A stretch of DNA of 64,000 nucleotides. It comes from Actinomycetota bacterium (GTDB lineage Bacteria; Actinomycetota; Acidimicrobiia; Acidimicrobiales; JACCXE01). Numbering within the stretch: position 1 is the stretch's first letter; each line of letters begins with the position of its first letter. The notes under the pieces are model-generated. The model worked only from the letters and a program-made list of their open reading frames with translations, did not search any database and was not told where the DNA came from. Positions 6,235-14,810 of this stretch are shown here, one piece after another. The translations under genes were made by a program, and so were the position numbers. The stretch lies in assembly GCA_041166405.1 (NCBI GenBank), contig JBEEFV010000013.1, positions 21,927 to 85,926 of the forward strand, read 5' to 3'.

Positions 6235-8568
6235 TCAGTCGTCGTTCGTCAGCGTGATCGTCGCCGCGGAGCGACCGAGCACCGCGCCGCCCGCCGGCGA
6301 CGACAGGCGCACCCTGAATGCTTCGTCAGGCTCGACGACGTGGTCGCCCTTGATCGAGATCGGGACGTAGACGACGGTCGAACCGGCCGGGATCGTGACC
6401 GTCCGGTTCACCGCGACGTAATCGAACCCGGCGGTCGCCGACATGTTCGCCGTCTTGACTACGAACGTCACATCGCTGGACGAAGGCGCGCTGAGCTTCA
6501 CGCGCAGTTGAATTGCGTGGGTCAGGTTGCCTTCGGGAACCGATTTGTCGAAGACGCTCAGCTTCGGTGATCCCGACGAAGTCGGCGTCGACAAGTCGCA
6601 AAGATCGCCGAGGTCGTCATGGTTCGCATCGGCCTGATTCGCGTTCGGCGTCAGCGGGCAGTTGTCCAGGGCATCTGAAACACCGTCCTGGTCGGTGTCG
6701 GCCGACGGGATTCGAACCGTCGAGAACGGAACGTCGTCGCCGGCGACGGCATCAAACGAACCCAGAGTGGTGTTAGTCATCCCGCATCCGGATTGCATCA
6801 AGTAGTGACCGGTGGCGAGCCCGTAGAACGAGAGATCCGCCGCGGGCGGGAGGTCCTGCCGGATGTACCCCACAAAGTCGCCCGCGTCGCGCACCACCTT
6901 GAAACACGGAGGCAGCGGCGCGCGCTTCCCAGTCGCATTGTCGACGATCGAGCCGTGCGCGGCTCCGCCTCGGCCAAGGCGTGCGCTCACAGTCGCGTTC
7001 GAAGTTACGCCGATGCTGACGAGTTGAGCGGACGCGCGATCGTTTGCGTTGTCGAACCATTCCGGAGCCAGGTCGTTGCCGTTGCCGCAAAAACTCACTC
7101 GGTACATGCCGGTCGGAAGCCCCTGGATTGTGTAGTTCCCGTTGGACTCGTTCACGCCAATGTTGCGAAAAACGAGGCCGTCGGTGCGCTCCGCACGTAC
7201 GCACGAGGGCGAGACCCCGTTGCCCGTCTCGTCGCTCATCTCGGCGCCGCTTATCTTCCCGCCGACGGGCAAGCGGAGATTCGCGGTGAATGTTCCCCCA
7301 CTGGCGAGCGCGACGACGGTTGCACCCGAGCGAGTCTCGTTCCCGTCGTACCACTGCGCGATGTGGGGCCCGGGCACGGTGTTGCACTCACCGCCCTGGA
7401 TCACCACAGGGACGGGCGGCACGGCGACGTGGTAGTAGCCCGTGGTCGAAACGCTCGCATTCGCAAGTGGCGCATCGGTCGCGCTGTCGAGGATGTGCAC
7501 GCATGACGCGAAGATCGTGCCGTTCGTCCCGGCCTCCCGCAGCGTCCCGACGATCGTCGCGTTTCGCGCCAACCCGGCATCGATGCCGTTCGTCGTTATC
7601 CCCGCGGACAGATTCACCACCGTCTCGCTCGCCGCGGCGAAGGCGCCGTCGTAGTACTCGGCGGCGTAGCCATCATTCGCGCAGCCACTGAACTTCACGG
7701 AATACGAACCCGGCGGCAGTTGCACGGCGTAGTAGCCCGTAACGGAGGTCGAGGTAGAAGAAAAAATTGGATCAGACGTCGTCGAATCGACGTTCACGCA
7801 GGCACCTCGTAGCGGCGCACCCGTGGCGCGGTCGGTGACGACACCTGTGAGCGCGGATGTGTCCAGCAGAATGTCAGGCCCCGCTGTGCTTCTGCCCTCC
7901 ACGGCGTAGGCGACGGTGCTCCACGGACGGGCGCGGCCTTGACGAAAGTCGCAGGTGGCCGTTTGGTACTCGCCGCTCGGCAGGCCATCGAATCGATATA
8001 CGCCGTCCGGACCGGCAACCGCGGAATACCGCTGACCAACCGCGGACAGCACGGATACGCACGCGTTCGCGAACGACTGCCCGGACTGTGCGTGCCGCAC
8101 GACGCCAGTCAGCGAACCACCGGCATTTGCCGTGAGAATCAGGGTGCCCGTCTGCCCGAGGAATCCGCCGGCTTCAATGAAATACGTCCGCCCGGCCTCC
8201 GTGTCGAACGTCAGCACTGAGCGTTGACGAGCCCCGTCGTCAACGCAGTTCGCCGGGCCGCTCGCCGAATCCCAGTGCATGGCGAGCACGGTGTCGAAGG
8301 AGCTGCCGCGCGTCTGAACAACGAGGTGGCCCGCCGCTGGCGCGGTGTATTTGAACCACACCGAGTTCTCCAAACCGCATCCTGAGGGGGCAACGCCGGA
8401 ATCGTCCGTTGCCCCCACGGTGCTTTCCGTCGCGCTGAACGGCAACGAAGCGATCGTGGTTGGCGAACTCGAGCTGTCGTTCGCCGGCGCGGTTGCGTTG
8501 GCCGGTGAAGCGACGCTGAACAGCGCGCCAGCTAGTACGACGAGCGCGAGCCAGCGCGCAATTCTCAT
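6235..8568 (-). CDS. Secreted multidomain surface protein: conserved N-terminal domain, CarboxypepD_reg-like beta-sandwich repeats, thrombospondin type-3 repeats and a C-terminal Calx-beta domain
   Basis: This is the 824-aa ORF trimmed to the ATG at 8568 (MRIARWLALVVLAGALFSVASPANA, with GGAG upstream). Repeats carry G.Y....LP.G.Y, for example VTGYYAVQLPPGSYSVKF. The TSP3 motif is DTDQDGVSDALDNCPLTPNANQADANHDDLGDLCD. The Calx-beta-like tail is VKTANMSATAGFDYVAVNRTVTIPAGSTVVYVPISIKGDHVVEPDEAFRVRLS. Confidence 0.8.
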   Translation of the reverse strand: MRIARWLALVVLAGALFSVASPANATAPANDSSSSPTTIASLPFSATESTVGATDDSGVAPSGCGLENSVWFKYTAPAAGHLVVQTRGSSFDTVLAMHWDSASGPANCVDDGARQRSVLTFDTEAGRTYFIEAGGFLGQTGTLILTANAGGSLTGVVRHAQSGQSFANACVSVLSAVGQRYSAVAGPDGVYRFDGLPSGEYQTATCDFRQGRARPWSTVAYAVEGRSTAGPDILLDTSALTGVVTDRATGAPLRGACVNVDSTTSDPIFSSTSTSVTGYYAVQLPPGSYSVKFSGCANDGYAAEYYDGAFAAASETVVNLSAGITTNGIDAGLARNATIVGTLREAGTNGTIFASCVHILDSATDAPLANASVSTTGYYHVAVPPVPVVIQGGECNTVPGPHIAQWYDGNETRSGATVVALASGGTFTANLRLPVGGKISGAEMSDETGNGVSPSCVRAERTDGLVFRNIGVNESNGNYTIQGLPTGMYRVSFCGNGNDLAPEWFDNANDRASAQLVSIGVTSNATVSARLGRGGAAHGSIVDNATGKRAPLPPCFKVVRDAGDFVGYIRQDLPPAADLSFYGLATGHYLMQSGCGMTNTTLGSFDAVAGDDVPFSTVRIPSADTDQDGVSDALDNCPLTPNANQADANHDDLGDLCDLSTPTSSGSPKLSVFDKSVPEGNLTHAIQLRVKLSAPSSSDVTFVVKTANMSATAGFDYVAVNRTVTIPAGSTVVYVPISIKGDHVVEPDEAFRVRLSSPAGGAVLGRSAATITLTNDD

Positions 8569-8698
8569 TTCAGATACTCCAGAGTGCTTGCCCCGAGCTT
8601 CCTTTCGGAAGCGATCGCGCAGAGTACAGGGTCCGCTGGACAATGCTGAACATATGTCGCCCGGTCTCCGATGGCTTCGCGCCGCGCAGTGGAGCGTC

Positions 8699-10678
8699 AT
8701 GGCAACCATCTCGGCGACTGTCCTGGCCTTTCATCCGCGGGCGGCGGACGCGTTCGGACTCACCAAGACGCTGGTACTGGCAATGGGCGCGACGGTCGCC
8801 GTCGCCTGTGTTGTCCTGTGGAAGGTCGAGTCGGGTCAGCCGTTCCCGCGGACGCCGGCGCTCGCGTGGCTTGCGGGTCTCGTGGCCGCGGTCGGCCTCG
8901 CCACCGCGACGTCCACGGTGCGCACCCTTTCGCTCGTCGGGTCGTACACGCGCTACGACGGGTTGGCCACGTTTGTCTTCCTCGGCTTGCTGAGCGCGGC
9001 GACTGCCGTGGCGTTCGCGTTCGACCCGCAGGCACGACGACGGGTGTTGTTCGTCATCGTCGCCGCCGCGGTCGTCGTCGCCGTCTACGCCATCTTGCAG
9101 CGCCTCGGCATCGACGCCTTCGACTTCCGCGACGTCACCGGCCTCAAGCCCGACTTTCCCGGAAGCACAGTCGGCAACTCGCTGTTCGCGGGGAGCGTCT
9201 GCGGCATGGCGCTGCCGGTCGCGGCCGTCGCCGCGACGCACAACCGTGGATGGGCGCGGCTACTGGACGGTGCGGCTGTCGTCGTGCTGGGCGCGGGGCT
9301 GTGGGCGACGTCGAGTCGCAGCGGCATGTTGGGCGCGCTCGCCGGACTCGCCGTGGTCGTTCTGCTCACACCGAACCGGTGGCAGCGGCTCCTGCGACGC
9401 GCTGCGGCCGCGGCCGTCGTCATCGTCGCCGTATTCGGCGTCATCGTCGTCTGGCACCCTGGGTTTGACCGCGCGCCCGGGGCGCTGGCGCAGCGCCAAG
9501 TCCTGCGTACCGAGAGCCTGACGATCCGAGGCGGCGAATGGTCGGCCGCGGTGCGCGTGTGGCAGCACCGCCCGCTGGTCGGCACGGGTCCCGACACGTT
9601 CGCCAACTCGTCGCCCCGCTATCGGTCACCGGATGACGCGCGCCGATTCGGGCTGCGCATCGCCGACAAGCCGCACAACCTCTTCCTCGAGTACCTCGCG
9701 GCGACCGGCGTCATCGGCTTGCTGGCGTTCGTCGGCTTCATCGTCGCGGTCGGACGAACCGCACGACGGTCATTGCCCGACGCCGATTCCATCGCGCTGT
9801 TGGCGGTGGTGACTTCTTACCTCGTGGCGGCGACGTTCAGCTTCGACACGCCGGCCACGACTCCTGTCGCCTTCGTCGCCGCCGCGCTGCTGATGGCCGC
9901 GGCGGCAACGCCGGGCAACCCTGCACCCGCACCGCTGCGGCTGCGCAGCACGAATCGGGTTTTGGCCCGCGTCGACAACAGCCCGTGGTTCACCCGCGTC
10001 GGCGCGGCGGTCGTCGTCGCCGTAGTCGTCACGTTCGCCGTTGCGCCACTCCGCGCCGACCTGGCTGCGGCGCAAGCGCAGCGCGCCGAGGGATCGACCG
10101 CCGCGTCGCTGGCGAAGGCCACTCGTCGCTTCGACGTCGCCATCGCCCGCAATCCGTGGGCGAGCACGTATCGCGCCGAAGCTGGCGACCTCGCCATGCG
10201 CTGGGCCGACACGGTGCAGTCGCAGGGTCGCCGCAGCGCGCTGCGCGTCGCGGTGGCGCGCTATCAGCAGGCGGTCGACGCCGAGCCGGGCAACGTCGTC
10301 TTCGCCCTCGGATTGGCGCAAGCACAAACGAACTACGCACTCGCCACCGCCAACGAAGAGGACTTCCTCGCGGCGGCGCACACATGGCGCGTCACGATCG
10401 CCCGCGACCGCGACGACTGGCAGTTACGCAACGCGCATGCGCTCGCGCTCAATACGTGGGCGAACGCGCTCAACAGCCCCACGTACCGACGGCAGGCCGC
10501 GACCGAACTGCGCGCCGTGGTCGCGGTGAAGCCTGACTACATGTCGGCGTGGATCAACCTCGCACGACTATCCATCGCGCTCGGCGACCGCGACACCGCG
10601 CGCGATGCGGCGCGTCACGCCTTGGCGCTGCATCCCGACGGCGGCGTCGTCGACGAACTGCGGGCGATCGCCGACTGA
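8699..10678 (+). CDS. O-antigen ligase (Wzy_C)-like polytopic membrane protein with a C-terminal TPR-like region
   Basis: There are multiple TM segments. The motif SRSGMLGALAGLAVVVLL...PHNLFLEYLAATGVIGLLAFVGFIV is typical of the O-antigen ligase family. The C-terminal approximately 230 aa is helical-repeat/TPR-like. The start is the ATG at 8699 (GGAG 4 nt upstream) or the ATG at 8654. The upstream part of the 777-aa track ORF overlaps the divergent gene. Confidence 0.75.
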   Translation: MATISATVLAFHPRAADAFGLTKTLVLAMGATVAVACVVLWKVESGQPFPRTPALAWLAGLVAAVGLATATSTVRTLSLVGSYTRYDGLATFVFLGLLSAATAVAFAFDPQARRRVLFVIVAAAVVVAVYAILQRLGIDAFDFRDVTGLKPDFPGSTVGNSLFAGSVCGMALPVAAVAATHNRGWARLLDGAAVVVLGAGLWATSSRSGMLGALAGLAVVVLLTPNRWQRLLRRAAAAAVVIVAVFGVIVVWHPGFDRAPGALAQRQVLRTESLTIRGGEWSAAVRVWQHRPLVGTGPDTFANSSPRYRSPDDARRFGLRIADKPHNLFLEYLAATGVIGLLAFVGFIVAVGRTARRSLPDADSIALLAVVTSYLVAATFSFDTPATTPVAFVAAALLMAAAATPGNPAPAPLRLRSTNRVLARVDNSPWFTRVGAAVVVAVVVTFAVAPLRADLAAAQAQRAEGSTAASLAKATRRFDVAIARNPWASTYRAEAGDLAMRWADTVQSQGRRSALRVAVARYQQAVDAEPGNVVFALGLAQAQTNYALATANEEDFLAAAHTWRVTIARDRDDWQLRNAHALALNTWANALNSPTYRRQAATELRAVVAVKPDYMSAWINLARLSIALGDRDTARDAARHALALHPDGGVVDELRAIAD

Positions 10679-10681
10679 GCG

Positions 10682-12682
10682 CTACGCGTGCTGCGTCGCG
10701 GCGTCGCAGGCGTTGCCAAGATCGTCGTTGTTGGAGTCGGCCTGCGACGGGTTTGGCGTCAACGGACAGTTGTCCGCACGATCGGCGATGCCGTCACCGT
10801 CGGCGTCCCGCGGCGTGACCTTGAGCGTACCGAGGTTGAGCGTCGAGCCCGGCGCGCCCCGGAACGTCGCCAGCGTCTGCGGATCCGGCTGGATGCCGGA
10901 GCCGCAGCCATACGCTTGCAGCGAGTACTGGGCGCCACCAATCTGGCCGAAGGACACGAAGCCCGTCGGTGAGGGGAACCCGTACTGCACGCCGTCCGGG
11001 TCCTGCGTGGGTGCGGTGATCGCGCACACCTCGGGGCGCTTGCCGGTCGACGGATCGACCAGCGTTGCACGCACGCGTCCTTCGCGAGCCAGGCTGGCGT
11101 TGACCGTGATGCGCCCGCCCCACGGCACGGTCACCGCGTCGGCGTCGGAACGCTCGGCCTTGTCGCGGTACCACTCCGGCGCCAGCGCGCTGCATCCGCC
11201 GAAGCGCACGTGATCCACGCCGGACGCGAGCCCACCGATCACGTAGAGCCCCGTCTCGCTGGCCTGGCCGAAGTGGTAGTTGCCGTCGCCGTCGAGAGCA
11301 AACACACACTCGCCAGCAGCGACGCCGCCGCCATCGCGGCGCAGGACGCCGGCGATCTCACTCGCCGGCGCGAGGTTGAAGCTGACGTTGCGAGTAATGC
11401 CGGGGTACAGCGCCACGGGCTGGGCGTCGGCTTTGGTCGAACCGTTGACGTACCACGCTGGCGCGAGCCCGCTCGACCCGTAGCCGCAATTATCGGCGCG
11501 CACGACGACACTCTGTGGCGCCAAGCCCGGGATGCGATACGACCCGGCGGGCACTTGGTCCGCGAAACCGAAACCGGCGAAGTCACCTGACTTCGCGCTG
11601 AACGCGGCGACGCACGCAGGGTTGACTCCGCGGCCGAACGTGTCGCGGACGGTGCCGACGATGGTCGACGCCCACCGCAGGCTGGCGTTGATGTTCGACG
11701 TCGTCGCGCCGTCGGTGACGGTGACATGCGTCGCGTCGGCGCGATCGAACACGCCGTTGAAGAACTCGGGTGCGTACCGATTGGGACCGCAGTCGTTGAA
11801 CGCGACGTCGACCGCGCCTGGCGCGACCTCCATACGGTAGAAGCCCGTGACTGTCGACAGTGCGCCCGCCAAGAAGTTGCCGTTGTGGTCGAGCGCCTGG
11901 ACACAGATCGAGCCGACGGCGCGATGGGTGAACCAGTCGGTGGTGTGGCCCTCGACGAAGCCGCTGAGAAGGGAGATGTCGGCGTGCCGGGTGACGCGCC
12001 CTTCGGCGACGTAGAAGGGCGCGGTGTTCCTGACGGTGCTGCCGTAACAGCCAGTCGGGAGGTACTCGGCCGCCGGTAGCCCATCGAGCGAGTAGAAGCC
12101 GGTCGCGGACGAGTACGCGTAGAAGGGCGCGTACGTGCTGGTGCCGGAGACGAACGAGACGCACGCGCCCGCGACCGGCGAACCGGTCGCGGCTCTGCGG
12201 ACGACGCCCGACAGCGAACCGCCGCGGTCCACCGTCAGCCGGAGGTGGCCGGTGGCGCCCAGGAAACCGGCGACCTGAATCAAGTAGGTCTGGCCCGCCT
12301 CCGGATAGAACGTGAGGACCGATCGCTGGCGCGCCGCGTCGTCGTTGCACTGCAACGGATACTCGGGTCTGCCGGCTTCCGATTCGAAGATCGTGAGGAC
12401 GGTGTCGTAGGAGGAGCCGCGTGTGTGGAGGACGACCGGACCGCCGGCGTTCGGCCGGAACTTGAACCACACCCCGGCGCCGCCGCCGTCGCAGAAGCTC
12501 GAGGGCGCGCGTGCGTCGTTGGTCGCGCCGGCCGTCTCTTGCTGGCCCACGAACGGCAGCGTGGTGATCGGCGTGGCGTGGCCGAAGGTGTCGTTGACCG
12601 GCGCGGCGGCGCGCGCCGGCGTACCGACGCTCCACAACATCCCCGCTAGAACGGTGACTACCAGCCACCGTGCGACCCGCAC
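10682..12682 (-). CDS. Secreted multidomain surface protein, paralog of 6235-8568 (no Calx-beta domain)
   Basis: The start is GTG. The signal peptide is MRVARWLVVTVLAGMLWSVGTPARA. The N-terminal domain is shared with the paralog (GVWFKFRP, TRGSSYDTVL, ARQRSVLTF, YLIQVAGFLGATG). CarboxypepD_reg-like repeats are present. The C-terminal TSP3 motif is DADGDGIADRADNCPLTPNPSQADSNNDDLGNACD. Confidence 0.8.
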   Translation of the reverse strand: MRVARWLVVTVLAGMLWSVGTPARAAAPVNDTFGHATPITTLPFVGQQETAGATNDARAPSSFCDGGGAGVWFKFRPNAGGPVVLHTRGSSYDTVLTIFESEAGRPEYPLQCNDDAARQRSVLTFYPEAGQTYLIQVAGFLGATGHLRLTVDRGGSLSGVVRRAATGSPVAGACVSFVSGTSTYAPFYAYSSATGFYSLDGLPAAEYLPTGCYGSTVRNTAPFYVAEGRVTRHADISLLSGFVEGHTTDWFTHRAVGSICVQALDHNGNFLAGALSTVTGFYRMEVAPGAVDVAFNDCGPNRYAPEFFNGVFDRADATHVTVTDGATTSNINASLRWASTIVGTVRDTFGRGVNPACVAAFSAKSGDFAGFGFADQVPAGSYRIPGLAPQSVVVRADNCGYGSSGLAPAWYVNGSTKADAQPVALYPGITRNVSFNLAPASEIAGVLRRDGGGVAAGECVFALDGDGNYHFGQASETGLYVIGGLASGVDHVRFGGCSALAPEWYRDKAERSDADAVTVPWGGRITVNASLAREGRVRATLVDPSTGKRPEVCAITAPTQDPDGVQYGFPSPTGFVSFGQIGGAQYSLQAYGCGSGIQPDPQTLATFRGAPGSTLNLGTLKVTPRDADGDGIADRADNCPLTPNPSQADSNNDDLGNACDAATQHA

Positions 12683-12692
12683 GGTCCCAGCT

Positions 12693-12836
12693 TACGCCTT
12701 TTCCGTCACGCCTTTCGGGGAGCGCTGCTTCATGAAGCCGCAACGTGATGGCCCCGGCCTCGCCAGCTAGCTCTCCTTGACGCCCTTCGGGGAGCGCTGC
12801 TTCATGAAGCCGAACATGTACCCGGCGACGCGGCGC
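12693..12836. repeat. Tandem duplication (period 72 nt) of the 3' end of the acyl-CoA dehydrogenase gene; the distal copy is a decaying gene fragment
   Basis: The cores 12708-12740 (ACGCCTTTCGGGGAGCGCTGCTTCATGAAGCCG) and 12780-12812 (ACGCCCTTCGGGGAGCGCTGCTTCATGAAGCCG) match at 32/33 positions. The proximal copy encodes GFMKQRSPKGVKES* of the real gene. The distal copy would encode GFMKQRSPKGVTEKA*. Similarity continues with indels on both flanks. Confidence 0.75.
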
Positions 12837-14038
12837 ATCTGGATCTCCTCGGCGCCTTCGGTGATGCGGTACCGGCGATGGTGACGGTAGATGTGCTCGA
12901 AGGGCATGTGGCGTGAGTAGCCGAGACCGCCGTAGGTCTGCATGGCGCGGTCGGCGGCTTCGCAACACAGGCGGTTCGAGAAGTAGTTGCACATCGACAC
13001 TTGCTCGGACTGGCTGAAGGCGCCGTACTTGTCCATCTTCCACGCCGTCTCGCGAATCAGGGAGCGCAGCATCGTCGCTTGCGTGTTGAGTTCGACGAGC
13101 GGGAACTGCACGCCTTGGTTGTGTGCGAGCGGCTTGCCGAACGGTTTGCGCTCCTGCGCGTACTGCACCGCCATGTCGATGCAGAACTGCGCGGCGCCGA
13201 GCGACGACGCCGCCTGGCGGATGCGGTTCTCGTTGAAGAACAACTGCGTGACGCCGAGCCCGCGCCCTTCGCCACCGAAGATCGACGAGTGCGGCACGCG
13301 CACGTCCGTGAGACGGATGTGGCCGTGATCCGTCGGCATGTTGAACGTCCAGAGGTACTCGAGGACTTCGAAGCCCGGCGAGTTCGTCGGCACGAGGAAC
13401 GCAGTGATGCCTTCGCCGTCGCCGTCGTTGCCGGACGTGCGCGCCATGATCATGTCGTACTGCGCGCGGTGGATCCCGGTGTTCCACGTCTTCTCGCCGT
13501 TGATGATCCACTCGTCGCCGTCGCGCACCGCGGTGGTTTCCATCCACGTCGCGTCGGACCCGTGGTTCGGCTCGGTAATACCGAACGCGAACCCGCCGGT
13601 GCCCTCGAGCAGTTTCGGGACCCACTCCGCCTTCTGCTCTTCCGTGCCGTGCTCGAGCATCAGCAGCAGACCGACGTTGTTGCCGACGATCGAGTTCTCG
13701 TTCTGCAGGTCGTTGTGCAGTCCGAGGCCCTTGTGCGCGAGGTGCTCACGGATGACGGCCATGCCGAGGTTGGTGCCGTCCTTGCCGCCGTACTCCTTCG
13801 GGAACGCGTAGCGGTAGTGACCGGCCTCGTCCGCGAGGTCGCGCATCTGGTGCAGCAACGCCTCCCACTCCTCGTTGGGCAGGCCGCCGCGCTCCCAGTC
13901 GGTGCGAGCGTCTTCTCGCCGGTGGTCGAAGAACCGGATGTTGTCGTCCTTGTTCTCGAGCGGTTTGATGACGGTCTCGATGAAGTCGTCGAGTTCGGCG
14001 AGGTAGTCGACGAGATCCTGCGGGAGGTCGAAGTCCAT
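12767..14038 (-). CDS. Acyl-CoA dehydrogenase
   Basis: This is the 688-aa track ORF trimmed to the ATG at 14038 (MDFDLPQDLVDYLAELDDFIE). ACAD motifs include FAFGITEPNHGSDA, INGEKTWNTG, QFPLVE...YGGLGY and RITEGAEEIQ. Confidence 0.9.
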   Translation of the reverse strand: MDFDLPQDLVDYLAELDDFIETVIKPLENKDDNIRFFDHRREDARTDWERGGLPNEEWEALLHQMRDLADEAGHYRYAFPKEYGGKDGTNLGMAVIREHLAHKGLGLHNDLQNENSIVGNNVGLLLMLEHGTEEQKAEWVPKLLEGTGGFAFGITEPNHGSDATWMETTAVRDGDEWIINGEKTWNTGIHRAQYDMIMARTSGNDGDGEGITAFLVPTNSPGFEVLEYLWTFNMPTDHGHIRLTDVRVPHSSIFGGEGRGLGVTQLFFNENRIRQAASSLGAAQFCIDMAVQYAQERKPFGKPLAHNQGVQFPLVELNTQATMLRSLIRETAWKMDKYGAFSQSEQVSMCNYFSNRLCCEAADRAMQTYGGLGYSRHMPFEHIYRHHRRYRITEGAEEIQMRRVAGYMFGFMKQRSPKGVKES

Positions 14039-14793
14039 TAGCGAAGTACTAGTCGGTAGAGCGTGAAGACGACGCCGAACACGACCAGGAACACGCCGAA
14101 GATTCGGCGTTGCACGCCCGCGCCGAATCCGGACGAGTAATGACCCCCGATCACGCTCGTGGGGATGACCCCCGCCGCGAACAATGCCGCGACCGCCCAG
14201 TCGACGTGACCGAGCGCAGCGTGCGTGATCAATGTCGGCACCGACAACGCGGCGACTACCAACAGCGACGTGCCCACCGCCTGGCGCATGCGCAAGCCGA
14301 ACACCAACAGGTACAGCGGCATTAGGAGAAAGCCGCCGCCGTTGGCGAGCAAGCCGGTCATGAACCCAACGCCCGCGGTCGCGGCGACCAGCAGCGGCCG
14401 GTTCTGGCGGCGCGCCGTGCCGACGTCGCGCGCTTCGTCGGTGATCGGCATCACCACGCGTACGCCGACGACGACGAGCATCACACCCGAGAGCACGAGC
14501 AGTCCGTCGCCGCCGACGGCGCGTGAGGCGTACGCGCCCACCACCGTCGCCGGCACCGCGCCGAGCAGCGACCAGCCAGCGGCTTTCGGTCGCGCTTCGC
14601 CCGACTTGTAATACGGCCGCACCGCGAGGATCGCACCCGGGATCGTCGCCGGCAGCGGCGACGCGACCGCCGCGAGGGCGCGCACACCGACCAGCGACAG
14701 CACCGGTGTGGCAACGGACGATCCGCCCACTCCGAACAGTCCGATCAAAACCCCGATCGCCGCACCGACGGCGACGACGGCAGCGGCGTGCAC
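14038..14793 (-). CDS. TauE/SafE (TSUP) family sulfite/anion exporter
   Basis: The product is 251 aa and polytopic. It carries GLFGVGGSSVATPVL near the N-terminus and GLLANGGGFLLMPL in the second half, matching the TSUP internal repeat. The stop overlaps the ACAD start (TAATG). Confidence 0.85.
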   Translation of the reverse strand: MHAAAVVAVGAAIGVLIGLFGVGGSSVATPVLSLVGVRALAAVASPLPATIPGAILAVRPYYKSGEARPKAAGWSLLGAVPATVVGAYASRAVGGDGLLVLSGVMLVVVGVRVVMPITDEARDVGTARRQNRPLLVAATAGVGFMTGLLANGGGFLLMPLYLLVFGLRMRQAVGTSLLVVAALSVPTLITHAALGHVDWAVAALFAAGVIPTSVIGGHYSSGFGAGVQRRIFGVFLVVFGVVFTLYRLVLR

Positions 14794-14810
14794 CGAGTAA
14801 AACTACGTGT

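Noticed and set aside
6229-6237. Both convergent junctions next to the surface-protein paralogs have a 3-nt spacer. They read TAGCGCTCA (6229-6237) and TGAGCGCTA (10676-10684), which are exact reverse complements of each other.
   Set aside because: The 9-mers consist of two stop codons around the palindrome AGCGCT. With only two instances, and with strong constraints from stop-codon sequence and GC-rich spacers, this is most likely coincidence. It is noted but not claimed as a motif.
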